Assembly: GCA_016700415.1 (NCBI GenBank)
Contig: CP065018.1
Span: forward strand, 3,244,420 to 3,308,419
Direction of reading: 5' to 3'
DNA length: 64,000 bases
DNA from: Flavobacteriales bacterium
GTDB taxonomy: Bacteria; Bacteroidota; Bacteroidia; Flavobacteriales_F; PHOS-HE28
The notes under the pieces are model-generated. The model was not told where the DNA came from and made no database searches. It saw only the letters and a list, made by a program, of their open reading frames with translations. The position numbers were made by a program, and so were the translations under genes. Shown here in pieces: positions 34,704 through 44,108 of the stretch; the stretch's first letter is position 1, and the number at the start of each line of letters is the position of its first letter.

Positions 34704-36887
34704 CTAGTTCTTCACGAAGGTCGAACGCAAGCGATGGCCATCCTCCCGCAAGACCTCCAGAATGTAGATGCCTGCGATCAGTCGGGCCACATCCAGCATC
34801 TGCCGGGTTCCTTGTGCGCGTAGTTCCTGTGCCACCCGTCCATCCGTGCTCAGCAACCTCGTCCCGACCATTCGTTGAACGCTCGTAACGTGAAGCATGT
34901 CGCTCGCCGGATTGGGGTGGAGCCGGAGTCCCTCTTTTCCATTTTCTTGCACCTCCGTACTGAACTCCGCCACCAGCACGCTCGGCTCCGTGATCACTGG
35001 TTCGTTGAAATCGAAATAGATATTCGCGGTGTTCTCGATCACGGTGCCCGGCAACACCGGTTCATTCAACTTGATGCGGAAGCTGGTCAGTCCGTGGCTC
35101 GCCGCTTCGTTCACGTTGCTGTCGGGCAAGAGGATATCATTGAATGTCCATTCCACCACGCGGCCTGCTTTGAAATCAACGGTGCAAGGGTGGCTGCATA
35201 CACCGGGTTGGAAGCTGCTCATGTCCAGCTCGGCGCTTAGTGTATCGGTGATCACCACCGTGAAGGCGGGATCCGTGCCGGTGTTCTGGAAGCGGATCGT
35301 ATAGTCGATGTATTCATCGTTGTCGATGAAGTAAAGCTCATCGCTGGCCCTGGTACTTGTTCGTGCGGTCTTGTCGTTCGGGTCGTAGCTGCCGGTAACG
35401 GTCACGTGTTCTGTGTTGCTGTTGTTCGTGTAGTCCGTTTCGGTCAGCGTGTTCGTTGCACTGAAGGAGCTGGTGAGCACCGTGCCCAATAGCGTGCTTA
35501 CCGGAATGTTGAACTGCACCGAGACGTGCGCGTATTCGAACGAGGTGAATGGCGGCAACTCCCAGGTGAGGACGTTGCCCACAATGCTGGTGGGAACAGG
35601 CGACGCTTCCAAATACGTCATGGAAGGATCGTAGGTGAGCGATGCACTCACGGGTCCGCTCACCTGTGGTGTGGTGTTCCGCACTTGTGCGAAGAGCGTG
35701 TGGTCGAAGCCGGGCCGTGCCCGGCTACCGTTCAGCCATGTGCGCAGATCCAACTCGGTGCTACTTCCATTGGCCAGTTCGATATTCACTGGAGTGCTGC
35801 CGATGATGAAAGGCACGGGTTGCACGACGGGGCAGATCGGCAACAGGGTAGGGTCCGCCTGTTCCAAGGTGTAGTTGCCGTCGGGCAGATCCATGCTGAA
35901 GGTGCCATCGTATTGCGTCAACGCGAAATAGCCGCCGGGTTCTATAGCGAGTACACTATTCGGAATGCCCACTTCACCGGCATCGCGGATGCAATCGCTA
36001 TTCGGGTCATACCAACTGATGCCGGTCAAGGTGCCGCATTCGGTACCGAGGTCGGGTATGGTGAATTGCAGATCTTGGACGCACTGGGCAGGGGGCCAGG
36101 TCGCATGGAGGTCATAGGTGCCCGGAGCAAGGTTCATGAACCGTACACTGTTTGAGGACCAATCCTCGCCGGGTTGCACCAATTGGCCGTTCAGCCGCAC
36201 TTCGATGAACTGTTGGAACTCCTGGGTCTGAAAGTCGAAGAGCGCACTTCCGCCCATACCTCCAGAACAGGATCCTACAACATCCGATTGTTGGAGGTAG
36301 TTGCCCGCGTTGAAGGTGGCAATGTAGGCGTAGCCCGTGCCGGTGCAGCCTAGGGCATCTTCCATGAAGTACGTAACTAGGTCATCTGCACAAAAGCCAC
36401 CGTACACCGGGCGGCCGGAGGGTTGTTCGTAGCCGAGGATATTCGCACCGCTCGGGAACGAGTAGGTCATCGGGCCGGTACCGCTTTGCAGATCATCGAT
36501 CATCAGCATCGCGCCATTGCATTCGCCGGGGCAAGCGTGGCCCATGTACCCGATAATGGGTTCCAGGGCAGAGAACAGCCCACCGTACCCCTCCATCAAA
36601 TTCGCGAGATCATCCACGATGCCGCTTTGCACCGCTGTGGCCAGCAGAGCATCCGTCACGGTCACTTCGTAGGTGCCGGCTTCCAAGTTGGTCAAGCTAT
36701 CGATGGTGGCCGTGAAACCATTGGGTCCGGTCCACGCATAGGTGTAGGGTCCGGTGCCGCCGTATGGAATAGCCCAAGCCGTACCATTCGCGTTGCCGCA
36801 GGTCTCCGGGACCACGTTCACGATCACTTGCAAGGCAGCGCTGGCAGGTAGGGAGAAGGCGAGCGCAAGGAGTAGGAGTATCCGCAT
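34704..36887 (-). CDS. T9SS-secreted SprB-repeat / DUF11 / DUF7619-type protein (array member 1)
   Basis: Signal peptide MRILLLLALAFSLPASA (ATG 36887), GGTGPYTYAWTG, GSYDPNDK...YTIRFQNTGTD, CTD LHPNPASD...GIYILE. Confidence 0.85.
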   Translation of the reverse strand: MRILLLLALAFSLPASAALQVIVNVVPETCGNANGTAWAIPYGGTGPYTYAWTGPNGFTATIDSLTNLEAGTYEVTVTDALLATAVQSGIVDDLANLMEGYGGLFSALEPIIGYMGHACPGECNGAMLMIDDLQSGTGPMTYSFPSGANILGYEQPSGRPVYGGFCADDLVTYFMEDALGCTGTGYAYIATFNAGNYLQQSDVVGSCSGGMGGSALFDFQTQEFQQFIEVRLNGQLVQPGEDWSSNSVRFMNLAPGTYDLHATWPPAQCVQDLQFTIPDLGTECGTLTGISWYDPNSDCIRDAGEVGIPNSVLAIEPGGYFALTQYDGTFSMDLPDGNYTLEQADPTLLPICPVVQPVPFIIGSTPVNIELANGSSTELDLRTWLNGSRARPGFDHTLFAQVRNTTPQVSGPVSASLTYDPSMTYLEASPVPTSIVGNVLTWELPPFTSFEYAHVSVQFNIPVSTLLGTVLTSSFSATNTLTETDYTNNSNTEHVTVTGSYDPNDKTARTSTRASDELYFIDNDEYIDYTIRFQNTGTDPAFTVVITDTLSAELDMSSFQPGVCSHPCTVDFKAGRVVEWTFNDILLPDSNVNEAASHGLTSFRIKLNEPVLPGTVIENTANIYFDFNEPVITEPSVLVAEFSTEVQENGKEGLRLHPNPASDMLHVTSVQRMVGTRLLSTDGRVAQELRAQGTRQMLDVARLIAGIYILEVLREDGHRLRSTFVKN

Positions 36888-37010
36888 GAAATGGTGGTTT
36901 CGGAATAAAGACGCGCAATAGGGTAAATGGTGGTCTGGAAATGCCACTATCGGGCAAGATATAGCGGGGCCGCCCTCCTCTTGCTCCCGTCCATCCACGA
37001 ACTTTGCACC

Positions 37011-37790
37011 ATGTGCTACGGAGTGAAGGCCCGCACGGAGATGTCCCTGCGCATCGCGAAGAGCCGCGGTAACACCGCCGCCGCTGAGCGTTTGGCACAA
37101 CTGCTCAACCCCTTCCCGGAGTTCGACCACCACTTCGCCAACGGCTTTGCGCACCCGGGCATGGTGGTGTACACCGATGCCGCGCCGCGCGATCCGCAGT
37201 TATCCTTTTGGGGCCTGGTGCCCGCATGGGTGAAGGACGACGCCCAGCGCAAGCAGCTCTGGAACCAGACCCTGTTGGCGCGCGGCGAGACCATGTTCGA
37301 CAAGCCTGCTTTCCGCACTTCCGCCATGGGAAAGCGGGCCATCGTGCATGTGGAGGGCTTCTACGAGCACCATCATTTCGGCAAGCGCACCTATCCGTAT
37401 TTCATCCGCCTGCGGGACCGCGACCACTTCGCGCTGGCCGCACTATGGGAGCAGTGGAAGGACCGGGAAAGCGGCGAAGTACTGCACACCTTCAGCATCG
37501 TCACCACGGAAGCGGACGAGCTGATGCGGCGCATCCACAACAACCCCAAGGCGGAAGGTCCGCGCATGCCGCTGATCCTCACGGAGGAGGAAGAGGAGCA
37601 GTGGCTCGCGCCGATCGCATCCCCTGCGGACGAAGCGGCGATCAACGCGTTGATCAAGCCCTATCCGGCGGACGCGCTGTTGGCGCATTCCGTGCGGCCG
37701 CTACTGGGCAAGGCCGGATCCGGCAACGTGCCGGAAGCCAGTGAGCCTTTCGAATACCCGGAGCTACAGCTCGCAGACCCGTTGGCGTGA
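37011..37790 (+). CDS. SOS response-associated peptidase (SRAP/HMCES/YedK) abasic-site processing protein
   Basis: MCYG start gives the required Cys2, then SFWGLVPAW, ARGET, GFYE and IHN...RMPLIL. Confidence 0.9.
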   Translation: MCYGVKARTEMSLRIAKSRGNTAAAERLAQLLNPFPEFDHHFANGFAHPGMVVYTDAAPRDPQLSFWGLVPAWVKDDAQRKQLWNQTLLARGETMFDKPAFRTSAMGKRAIVHVEGFYEHHHFGKRTYPYFIRLRDRDHFALAALWEQWKDRESGEVLHTFSIVTTEADELMRRIHNNPKAEGPRMPLILTEEEEEQWLAPIASPADEAAINALIKPYPADALLAHSVRPLLGKAGSGNVPEASEPFEYPELQLADPLA

Positions 37791-37835
37791 GATCCAAAGG
37801 CCACTTCAGTTTTCATCGAACAATGGATCGACCGT

Positions 37836-38459
37836 CTACGGCTTGAACCGGTACACATAGTTCTTATCCGGGCCGCAGACGGAAGGGCAGGGGAAGCCGC
37901 AAACCCGTACGAACTTGGGATCGCTGCCCAAGGGTTCCGCCTTGCCGCCTGTGATCTTCATGGCCGTCAGGCGCATGGTGGTCTCTCCTTTAGCGGTGTC
38001 CGGGGCGGCTTGGAGGGCTTGGCAACCTTGGAGATCCGTTAGCGCCTCGATCTCCGTGCGGGTGAACGAGGCGGAGTAGGAGGGATGGCCGGATGCCTGC
38101 ATGGATGAACAAGCCGTTTTAGCGTCCTTGGAGTTCAATGCGTTCATTTTGATCACGCCGTTCACAAAGCCTAAGCTGACCTGGTACGCATTGCCCTTGT
38201 TGATCTCGCTGCCATCGGCATGGATACCGATCGCCATGGCGCTGCCGTCCTTATTTTCAGGAGGCACGAGAACGTTGTAGAAGCGTACGGCCATGGCCTT
38301 GTCGTCCTTGAGCATGTCCGCGATCGTGGTGCTGTCGAACAGTGCCTCCGTGAAACCGGGATCAGTTGGCTTCGCGGCCGGTGCGGAGGGTTCCTGCCCC
38401 ATTAGGTTATGGATCGGCATCAGCAGGGCTAATACGGAGGCGGTGGCAAGTAAACGCAT
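37836..38459 (-). CDS. Secreted hypothetical protein with internally duplicated domain and C-terminal CGFPCPSVC motif
   Basis: Signal peptide. FDSTTIADMLKD...AVRFY resembles FTRTEIEALTDLQGCQAL. Cys-Pro-rich tail. Confidence 0.7.
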   Translation of the reverse strand: MRLLATASVLALLMPIHNLMGQEPSAPAAKPTDPGFTEALFDSTTIADMLKDDKAMAVRFYNVLVPPENKDGSAMAIGIHADGSEINKGNAYQVSLGFVNGVIKMNALNSKDAKTACSSMQASGHPSYSASFTRTEIEALTDLQGCQALQAAPDTAKGETTMRLTAMKITGGKAEPLGSDPKFVRVCGFPCPSVCGPDKNYVYRFKP

Positions 38460-38663
38460 GGTGGTTTGGTGGTTTGGTGTAGGGTGAAGGTAGGCTATTC
38501 GGGTAAGCTGGGCGTGCCAACAGGGCCAATGGGCCGAGTTTTCTCATGGCTCCGGATCAATGGGGGCCATCTATCCGGGCGGAACGAAAATCGAAATCCG
38601 CCAAATGGTAAAAAGAGGGTATTCGAGCCCCGGGAACCTTGGCATTACCCTACCTTTTCCCCC

Positions 38664-40523
38664 ATGATCGTTCGGTGGAAACGTGCAATGCGGCATTACT
38701 GGGATCGACCCGCAGTGCTCGGCACGGTCCTAGCCCTTGTTCTTTGGGCCGCTGCGGACCGTACTTGCGCCGCAAAAGTGGATAAGTCCCCCGAGCTGCA
38801 GAAGATCCTGAACGTGGTGGACAGCTTGAAGCAGAACGGCCAGATGGCCCGTGCGGCCGTCCTGCTGGACTCGGCCGTGGTGATGGCACGGGCGGCAGGG
38901 GAAGAAAAATTATTGGGCCGCTTGATGTTGGAACAGGCGGCCATGTTGGAGACGAGGGGCGAGAGCGGGAGGGCATTATCCTTGCTTTACGAAGTTATGG
39001 CGGACGTCCGCCGATCGGGTGACAGTCTGGGTTTGGCCGAGGTGCTCAACAGCATCGGCACCATCCAGCACAACCAGAAGAACTACGACAAGGCCGAAGA
39101 GTACTACCGCAGCAGCGGGGCGATCTATCAGCAATTGGGATCGATGCGGGAAACGGGCAAGTACTGGAACAATCTCGGCTCCCTTTACGAGGACAAAGGC
39201 GACCCGGCCCAGGCGCTCACCTTCTATAGGCTTTCCTTAGGCGTATGGCAGGCCTTGCGGAATACCGGCTGGACGGCCGTCAGCTACATGCACCTCGGCA
39301 CCTGTTACGGCCTGCTGGGCGAGACTGATTCCGCGAGGTACTACCTGAAGCAGAGCATGCGCGATCAGGGCCTCACGAGCAAAGGGTATTTAATGGCTAT
39401 TACAAAGGTCAGGTACGGTGCCGTCGAGAACCAGGCGGGGCGGCGGGGAGAGGCCTTGCGTTTCTGCGCGGATGGGCTTGCCATGGCGGAGGAACAGCAG
39501 GCGCGCATGCTGGAGCAGCAGGCCTGTGAATGCCTCTATGATACCTACGACGCACTGGGCGACAAAGGCCGTGCCCTGGACTACTATCGCCGGTCGATCG
39601 TGTTGCGGGACACCCTCTTCGGAGAGGCCAAGATCAAGGAGATGACCCGCATCGAGATGGACCATGAGTTCGCCCAGAGGCAATTGGCGGACAGCCTGAA
39701 CCGGGCCAAGAAGCAGGTGGAGGAGGAGATGGTCCATCAGGCGGAAGTGACCGGTGAGCGTGAAGCGCGCAACCTCGCACTGTACGGCGCGATCGCGGTG
39801 TTCCTGCTGGCCGCCGGCCTCTGGAGCCGCCTGCGTTTCATGCGCATATCCAGTGCCAGGGTCCAACGCGAGCGGGGACGTTCGGAGCGGCTCCTGCTCA
39901 ACATCCTGCCCGCCACCGTGGCCCAGGAGCTGAAGGACAACGGCAAGGCCATGGCGCGCGATCACCCGTGTGCCACCATCCTCTTCTCCGATTTCAAGGA
40001 CTTCACCCGGATCAGCCAGACCATGAGCGCCCAGGCCTTGGTGGAGGAGCTGGACCATTGCTTCAAAGCCTTCGACCGCATCGTGGCCGCACACGAGATC
40101 GAAAAGATCAAGACCATCGGTGACGCCTACATGTGCGTGGGCGGACTGCCGGGCCTGGCACCGGCAGCACCGGTGGACGTCGTACGCGCCGCTCTGGAGA
40201 TGCAGGCGTTCATCACGGCGCGCAAGGCCGAGCGTGAAGCCAAGGGGCTCAGTGCCTTCTCCATGCGCGTGGGCATCCACACCGGCCCCGTCGTGGCGGG
40301 CATCGTGGGGTTGCGGAAATTCGCTTTTGACATCTGGGGCGATGCCGTGAACACCGCCAACGCCATGGAGCGGAGCGGCGAGGAAGGAAAGGTGAACATC
40401 AGCAAAGCGACATATGAACTGGTGAAGGAGGGCCCGGATCTCTCCTTTACCCCGCGCGGCATGGTGGAGGCGAAGGGAAAAGGGGAAATGGAGATGTACT
40501 TTGTGGGGCGAAAGATCACATGA
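38664..40523 (+). CDS. TPR-repeat sensor / transmembrane / class III adenylate cyclase-like protein (transition-state Arg missing)
   Basis: TPRs, TM, LFSDFKDF, IEKIKTIGDAYM, FDIWGDAVNTANAMER. Start 38664 or 38688. Confidence 0.9.
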   Translation: MIVRWKRAMRHYWDRPAVLGTVLALVLWAAADRTCAAKVDKSPELQKILNVVDSLKQNGQMARAAVLLDSAVVMARAAGEEKLLGRLMLEQAAMLETRGESGRALSLLYEVMADVRRSGDSLGLAEVLNSIGTIQHNQKNYDKAEEYYRSSGAIYQQLGSMRETGKYWNNLGSLYEDKGDPAQALTFYRLSLGVWQALRNTGWTAVSYMHLGTCYGLLGETDSARYYLKQSMRDQGLTSKGYLMAITKVRYGAVENQAGRRGEALRFCADGLAMAEEQQARMLEQQACECLYDTYDALGDKGRALDYYRRSIVLRDTLFGEAKIKEMTRIEMDHEFAQRQLADSLNRAKKQVEEEMVHQAEVTGEREARNLALYGAIAVFLLAAGLWSRLRFMRISSARVQRERGRSERLLLNILPATVAQELKDNGKAMARDHPCATILFSDFKDFTRISQTMSAQALVEELDHCFKAFDRIVAAHEIEKIKTIGDAYMCVGGLPGLAPAAPVDVVRAALEMQAFITARKAEREAKGLSAFSMRVGIHTGPVVAGIVGLRKFAFDIWGDAVNTANAMERSGEEGKVNISKATYELVKEGPDLSFTPRGMVEAKGKGEMEMYFVGRKIT

Positions 40524-40999
40524 AGCCGCTCACTCGGTGCGTTGGTAAGAACATGGCCTGGCTTGGAGCCTTGCTGCAGGTCGTTCCTGCGTTTGTGGCG
40601 ATGCTTTCATTCGGGACCTTGTACGGTCAGGACACGACCAGCGCGGTTGTTACAGGCACGACGATCACAGAAGAGCCTCGCGATGCGGAGGTGATCACCC
40701 CTGTGCGGCTTTCGCAAATGATGGATTCAGCCAAGGTGTATGTCTATGATTGCAATGAACCCGAGATGTATGCCGAAGCCCATGTGCCGGGTGCGGTGCT
40801 CACCGTTTATGATGAGGTGACCGAGGCGAGCCTCCCCAAGGACCATCAGGCCATGCTCGTGTTCTATTGCTACAGCCCCGAGTGCCCGGCCGGGACCAAT
40901 GCGTCAAAGACCGCATTGAAGTTGGGCTATGCGCATGTTTACTCCATGGTGGCGGGGATCACCGGCTGGCAGGATGCCAAATTGAGGACGGAGCCATAA
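40520..40999 (+). CDS. Rhodanese-like domain protein, probably exported
   Basis: YDCNEPEMYAEAHVPGA, FYCYSPEC, GITGWQ, and a hydrophobic N-terminus. Confidence 0.85.
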   Translation: MKPLTRCVGKNMAWLGALLQVVPAFVAMLSFGTLYGQDTTSAVVTGTTITEEPRDAEVITPVRLSQMMDSAKVYVYDCNEPEMYAEAHVPGAVLTVYDEVTEASLPKDHQAMLVFYCYSPECPAGTNASKTALKLGYAHVYSMVAGITGWQDAKLRTEP

Positions 41000-41044
41000 G
41001 CGTTTTCGCGGTCCCCAAAGCCCCGCGTCATTCATCTTTGCCCC

Positions 41045-42250
41045 ATGCGTGTGATCGTCGTCGGAGGGGGTGCAGCGGGTTTCTTCGCGGCGATCAGCGC
41101 CAAGCAGCACCATCCAAGTGCCGATGTGCTTTTGCTGGAGAAGAGCAATAAGCTCCTCGCCAAGGTGCGTGTCAGCGGTGGCGGGCGCTGCAATGTCACG
41201 CATGATCAGCCCAACATCCGCAAGCTTTCGGCACACTATCCGCGCGGCGAGCGCTTTCTGCGGAAGGTGTACGAGTACTTCAGCGTGAAGGACACCATCG
41301 CGTGGTTCGCGCAACGCGGCGTTCAACTGAAGACCGAAGCCGATGGCCGCATGTTCCCCATCTCCGATGACTCGGGCACCATCATCCGCTGCCTGATGGA
41401 CGAGGCCGAAGAGCAGGGCGTGCGCATCGCGTTGCAGTCCGGCGTTGGCGCGATCGACAATGCGACGAACGGATTCAAACTGCGCATGGAAAGCGGAGGC
41501 GAATTGCAAGCGGATCATGTCATTGTTACCACTGGCGGCCACCCCAAAGCGGAAGGCTACGCATGGCTGAAGCAGCTCGGCCACACCATCGTTCAGCCGG
41601 TGCCGTCGCTCTTCACCTTCAACATGCCGGGCGAGGCGATCCGCTCCCTGATGGGCGTGGTGGCTGACCCGGTGCGCGCGCGCATCATCGGCACAAAATT
41701 GGAGAGCACCGGCCCGTTGTTGATCACGCACTGGGGTATGAGCGGCCCGGCCGTGCTACGGCTCAGCGCATGGGGCGCGCGCGTCGTACAGGGCATGGGC
41801 TACCGTTTCACATTGCAACTGCACTGGCTCGGCGGAATGGGGGAGGAGGACGTACGCAATGCGATGGCCCAGGAGGATCACCGACGCAAACAAGCGCAGA
41901 ACGCGAACCACTTCCCGTTGCCGCGCCGGCTCTGGGAATTTTTGCTGGCCAAGGCGGAGATCCCGCTGGAGAAACCCTGGGGCGATGTCGGCAAAAAGGA
42001 CCGTAACCGCTTGGTGGACCTGTTAACGAACGACCGCTACGCCGTGGCCGGCAAAACCACCTTCAAGGAAGAGTTCGTCACCGCGGGCGGGGTGGCGCTG
42101 GAAGAAGTGGACCCGCACACGTTGCAAAGCCGCAAGGTGCAAGGGCTCTATTTCGCAGGCGAAGTGCTGAACATTGACGGCATCACCGGCGGCTTCAACT
42201 TCCAAGCGGCCTGGACCACGGGGTATTTGGCGGGCAGGTTAGTGCGATGA
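41045..42250 (+). CDS. HI0933/YhiN (BaiN-like) FAD-dependent oxidoreductase
   Basis: VVGGGAAG, KVRVSGGGRCNVT, FVTAGGV, DIDGITGGFNFQAAWTTG-type motif. Confidence 0.92.
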   Translation: MRVIVVGGGAAGFFAAISAKQHHPSADVLLLEKSNKLLAKVRVSGGGRCNVTHDQPNIRKLSAHYPRGERFLRKVYEYFSVKDTIAWFAQRGVQLKTEADGRMFPISDDSGTIIRCLMDEAEEQGVRIALQSGVGAIDNATNGFKLRMESGGELQADHVIVTTGGHPKAEGYAWLKQLGHTIVQPVPSLFTFNMPGEAIRSLMGVVADPVRARIIGTKLESTGPLLITHWGMSGPAVLRLSAWGARVVQGMGYRFTLQLHWLGGMGEEDVRNAMAQEDHRRKQAQNANHFPLPRRLWEFLLAKAEIPLEKPWGDVGKKDRNRLVDLLTNDRYAVAGKTTFKEEFVTAGGVALEEVDPHTLQSRKVQGLYFAGEVLNIDGITGGFNFQAAWTTGYLAGRLVR

Positions 42251-42324
42251 TCAACTGCTCTGTCGAAGTTGTTCCTTCGCCAGCGGGGCACGAACTTTGT
42301 CCCTTTCAGATCAAACCCAAGCTC

Positions 42325-42849
42325 ATGACCTTTCCCCGCCCTGCCCTGCTGTTGTTGCTGCTTCCGTTCCTCACGAACGTGCATGCACAGTCCATTGATC
42401 AGTCTGCTTCCAGTATCTCATTCAAGATCGGGAACATGAAGATCAGCAGTGTGAACGGCTCCTTTTCCGGACTGAAGGGCAATGCGGCCTTCGATCCATC
42501 TGATCCCGCAAGGTCGAAGTTCGCGGTGTGCGTGGATGCCGCGACCGTGGACACGGGTAACAAGAAACGCGACAAGCACTTGCGCACCGACGATTTCTTC
42601 GATGTGGAGAAGTACCCGGCGATCTGCTTCGCCTCCACTTCCGTGGAAAAGGCCGAAAACGGGTTCATGGCAAAGGGGAAGCTCACCATGCACGGCATCA
42701 CGAAGGATGTGGAGGTCCCGTTCACCTATGGGAACAGGACGCTTACGGGCACAATCACTGTGAATCGGCTGGACTACGGTGTGGGACCGAGCGGAACCTT
42801 CATGGCCGGTGACGAGGTGGAGATCTCGATCGTTTGCGTGATGAAGTGA
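42325..42849 (+). CDS. YceI family periplasmic lipid/polyisoprenoid-binding protein
   Basis: ATVDTGNKKRDKHLRTDDFFDVEKYP, GKLTMHGITK, NRLDYGVG. Confidence 0.9.
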   Translation: MTFPRPALLLLLLPFLTNVHAQSIDQSASSISFKIGNMKISSVNGSFSGLKGNAAFDPSDPARSKFAVCVDAATVDTGNKKRDKHLRTDDFFDVEKYPAICFASTSVEKAENGFMAKGKLTMHGITKDVEVPFTYGNRTLTGTITVNRLDYGVGPSGTFMAGDEVEISIVCVMK

Positions 42850-42950
42850 ACACGCGGCCCGAACGCTTTCCCGATCGTTAGGCAAGGGCCGGAAGCGATG
42901 TTACGGACCTACAGGGAGGTACTGAACTACCGCATATTACCTTTTGAGGA

Positions 42951-43976
42951 CTACGTGATACGGATCGACGGGGCTTCCTCGGAGATCACGTTTCCTGTCC
43001 ACCGCATGCGGAACGACCGCAACGCGGACAGGCTGATGGGCCCCACGGTGATCATGATCAAGGACCACCAACCAAGGCCGGCGAACACGGCCATTGCCAC
43101 CAATGCCAACAGCCAGAGCGGGTAGGTCAGGAACAACAGGCCGAACAGCACCGAATCGAAGAATACCGTGCCGCGCGTTTTTCCGGCCGTGAATGCCCGC
43201 AAGGGAAAATACCAAGGCGCATGAAGGAGCAGTCCGGCAAGCGCGGGCAGTACCAAAATGATGCGGCACATCGTGCGCAATGCACCCGAACACCGCGAAG
43301 TATCGAGCGATCGCCGTGCATCCACGATCGCTGAAGCCTTCAGTAAGCGATCGCGCAACACCGAATTGAATCCGCGCAGGAAAACCGCTTCCGGCCTCAC
43401 CGGTGTTGCGCTGTGGTCCATCATCTCGCCCGTGCCGATGCACACCTCCATGAACGGTAGATGGTACGTATCGTAGCGCAACCACACCGGAAGCACCCGA
43501 ACGTCCAAGCCGCTCTGCCAAGCGCGATAAGCGATCCTTGCGGTGCCTTTTCCCAAGGGACGAAGCCCTGATTCGTTCTCCGAGTTCCCTTCGGAAAACA
43601 CCAGCACGGAGCCGCCATGCTCCAAATCCTCCTGCGCAAGTAGGAAGCTGTCCTCCGTTCGTCTCAGTTCCGCACGTCCGTCGCTCATGCGGTAGATCGG
43701 GATCATGAACAATGCGCCCAACATTTTCGCGGCACGCGGGTCACGGAACGCATCACCACGCGCCAGGAAGCGCATGCGGTGGGGCAAGTGCGTAGCGATC
43801 ACCAAAGCATCGAAGAACGAATTGGGATGGTTGCTGGCCAGCAAGAGCACGGTATCCACCGGTGGCGCGGAACGCACATCCACACGGATCCGCCCGCAGT
43901 ACAGATACAATGCCGCGCGCACACTGGCTCTCAGCGCCCGGTACATCCACAGTGTCGGATCAATGTCATCCGCCAA
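42951..43976 (-). CDS. PlsC-like phospholipid/glycerol acyltransferase with C-terminal TM helices
   Basis: ASNHPNSFFD (NHx4D), FSEG, LGKGTARIA. Confidence 0.85.
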   Translation of the reverse strand: MADDIDPTLWMYRALRASVRAALYLYCGRIRVDVRSAPPVDTVLLLASNHPNSFFDALVIATHLPHRMRFLARGDAFRDPRAAKMLGALFMIPIYRMSDGRAELRRTEDSFLLAQEDLEHGGSVLVFSEGNSENESGLRPLGKGTARIAYRAWQSGLDVRVLPVWLRYDTYHLPFMEVCIGTGEMMDHSATPVRPEAVFLRGFNSVLRDRLLKASAIVDARRSLDTSRCSGALRTMCRIILVLPALAGLLLHAPWYFPLRAFTAGKTRGTVFFDSVLFGLLFLTYPLWLLALVAMAVFAGLGWWSLIMITVGPISLSALRSFRMRWTGNVISEEAPSIRIT

Positions 43977-44009
43977 AGATGATGCAGTTGCGGACAGGTG
44001 GAATTAGTT

Positions 44010-44104
44010 GCTGGTACAAAGTACCGGGTACTGGGCACAGGGTACAATTCCGCGAAGGTCAACACCCGGTACTCGGTACCTTCTACCCGGTACCCTGTAC
44101 CAGC
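44010..44104. repeat. Inverted pair of degenerate heptamer (GGGTACT/AGTACCC) arrays
   Basis: 44010-44030 matches the reverse complement of 44084-44104 at 19/21. The right arm recurs at 46979-47012. Confidence 0.7.
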
Positions 44105-44108
44105 ACCC

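Noticed and set aside
22930-36887. DGR or shufflon explanation for the paralog array
   Set aside because: No reverse transcriptase, no near-identical template/variable repeat pair with adenine-specific mismatches, no invertase or inverted recombination sites. All copies are full genes on one strand.
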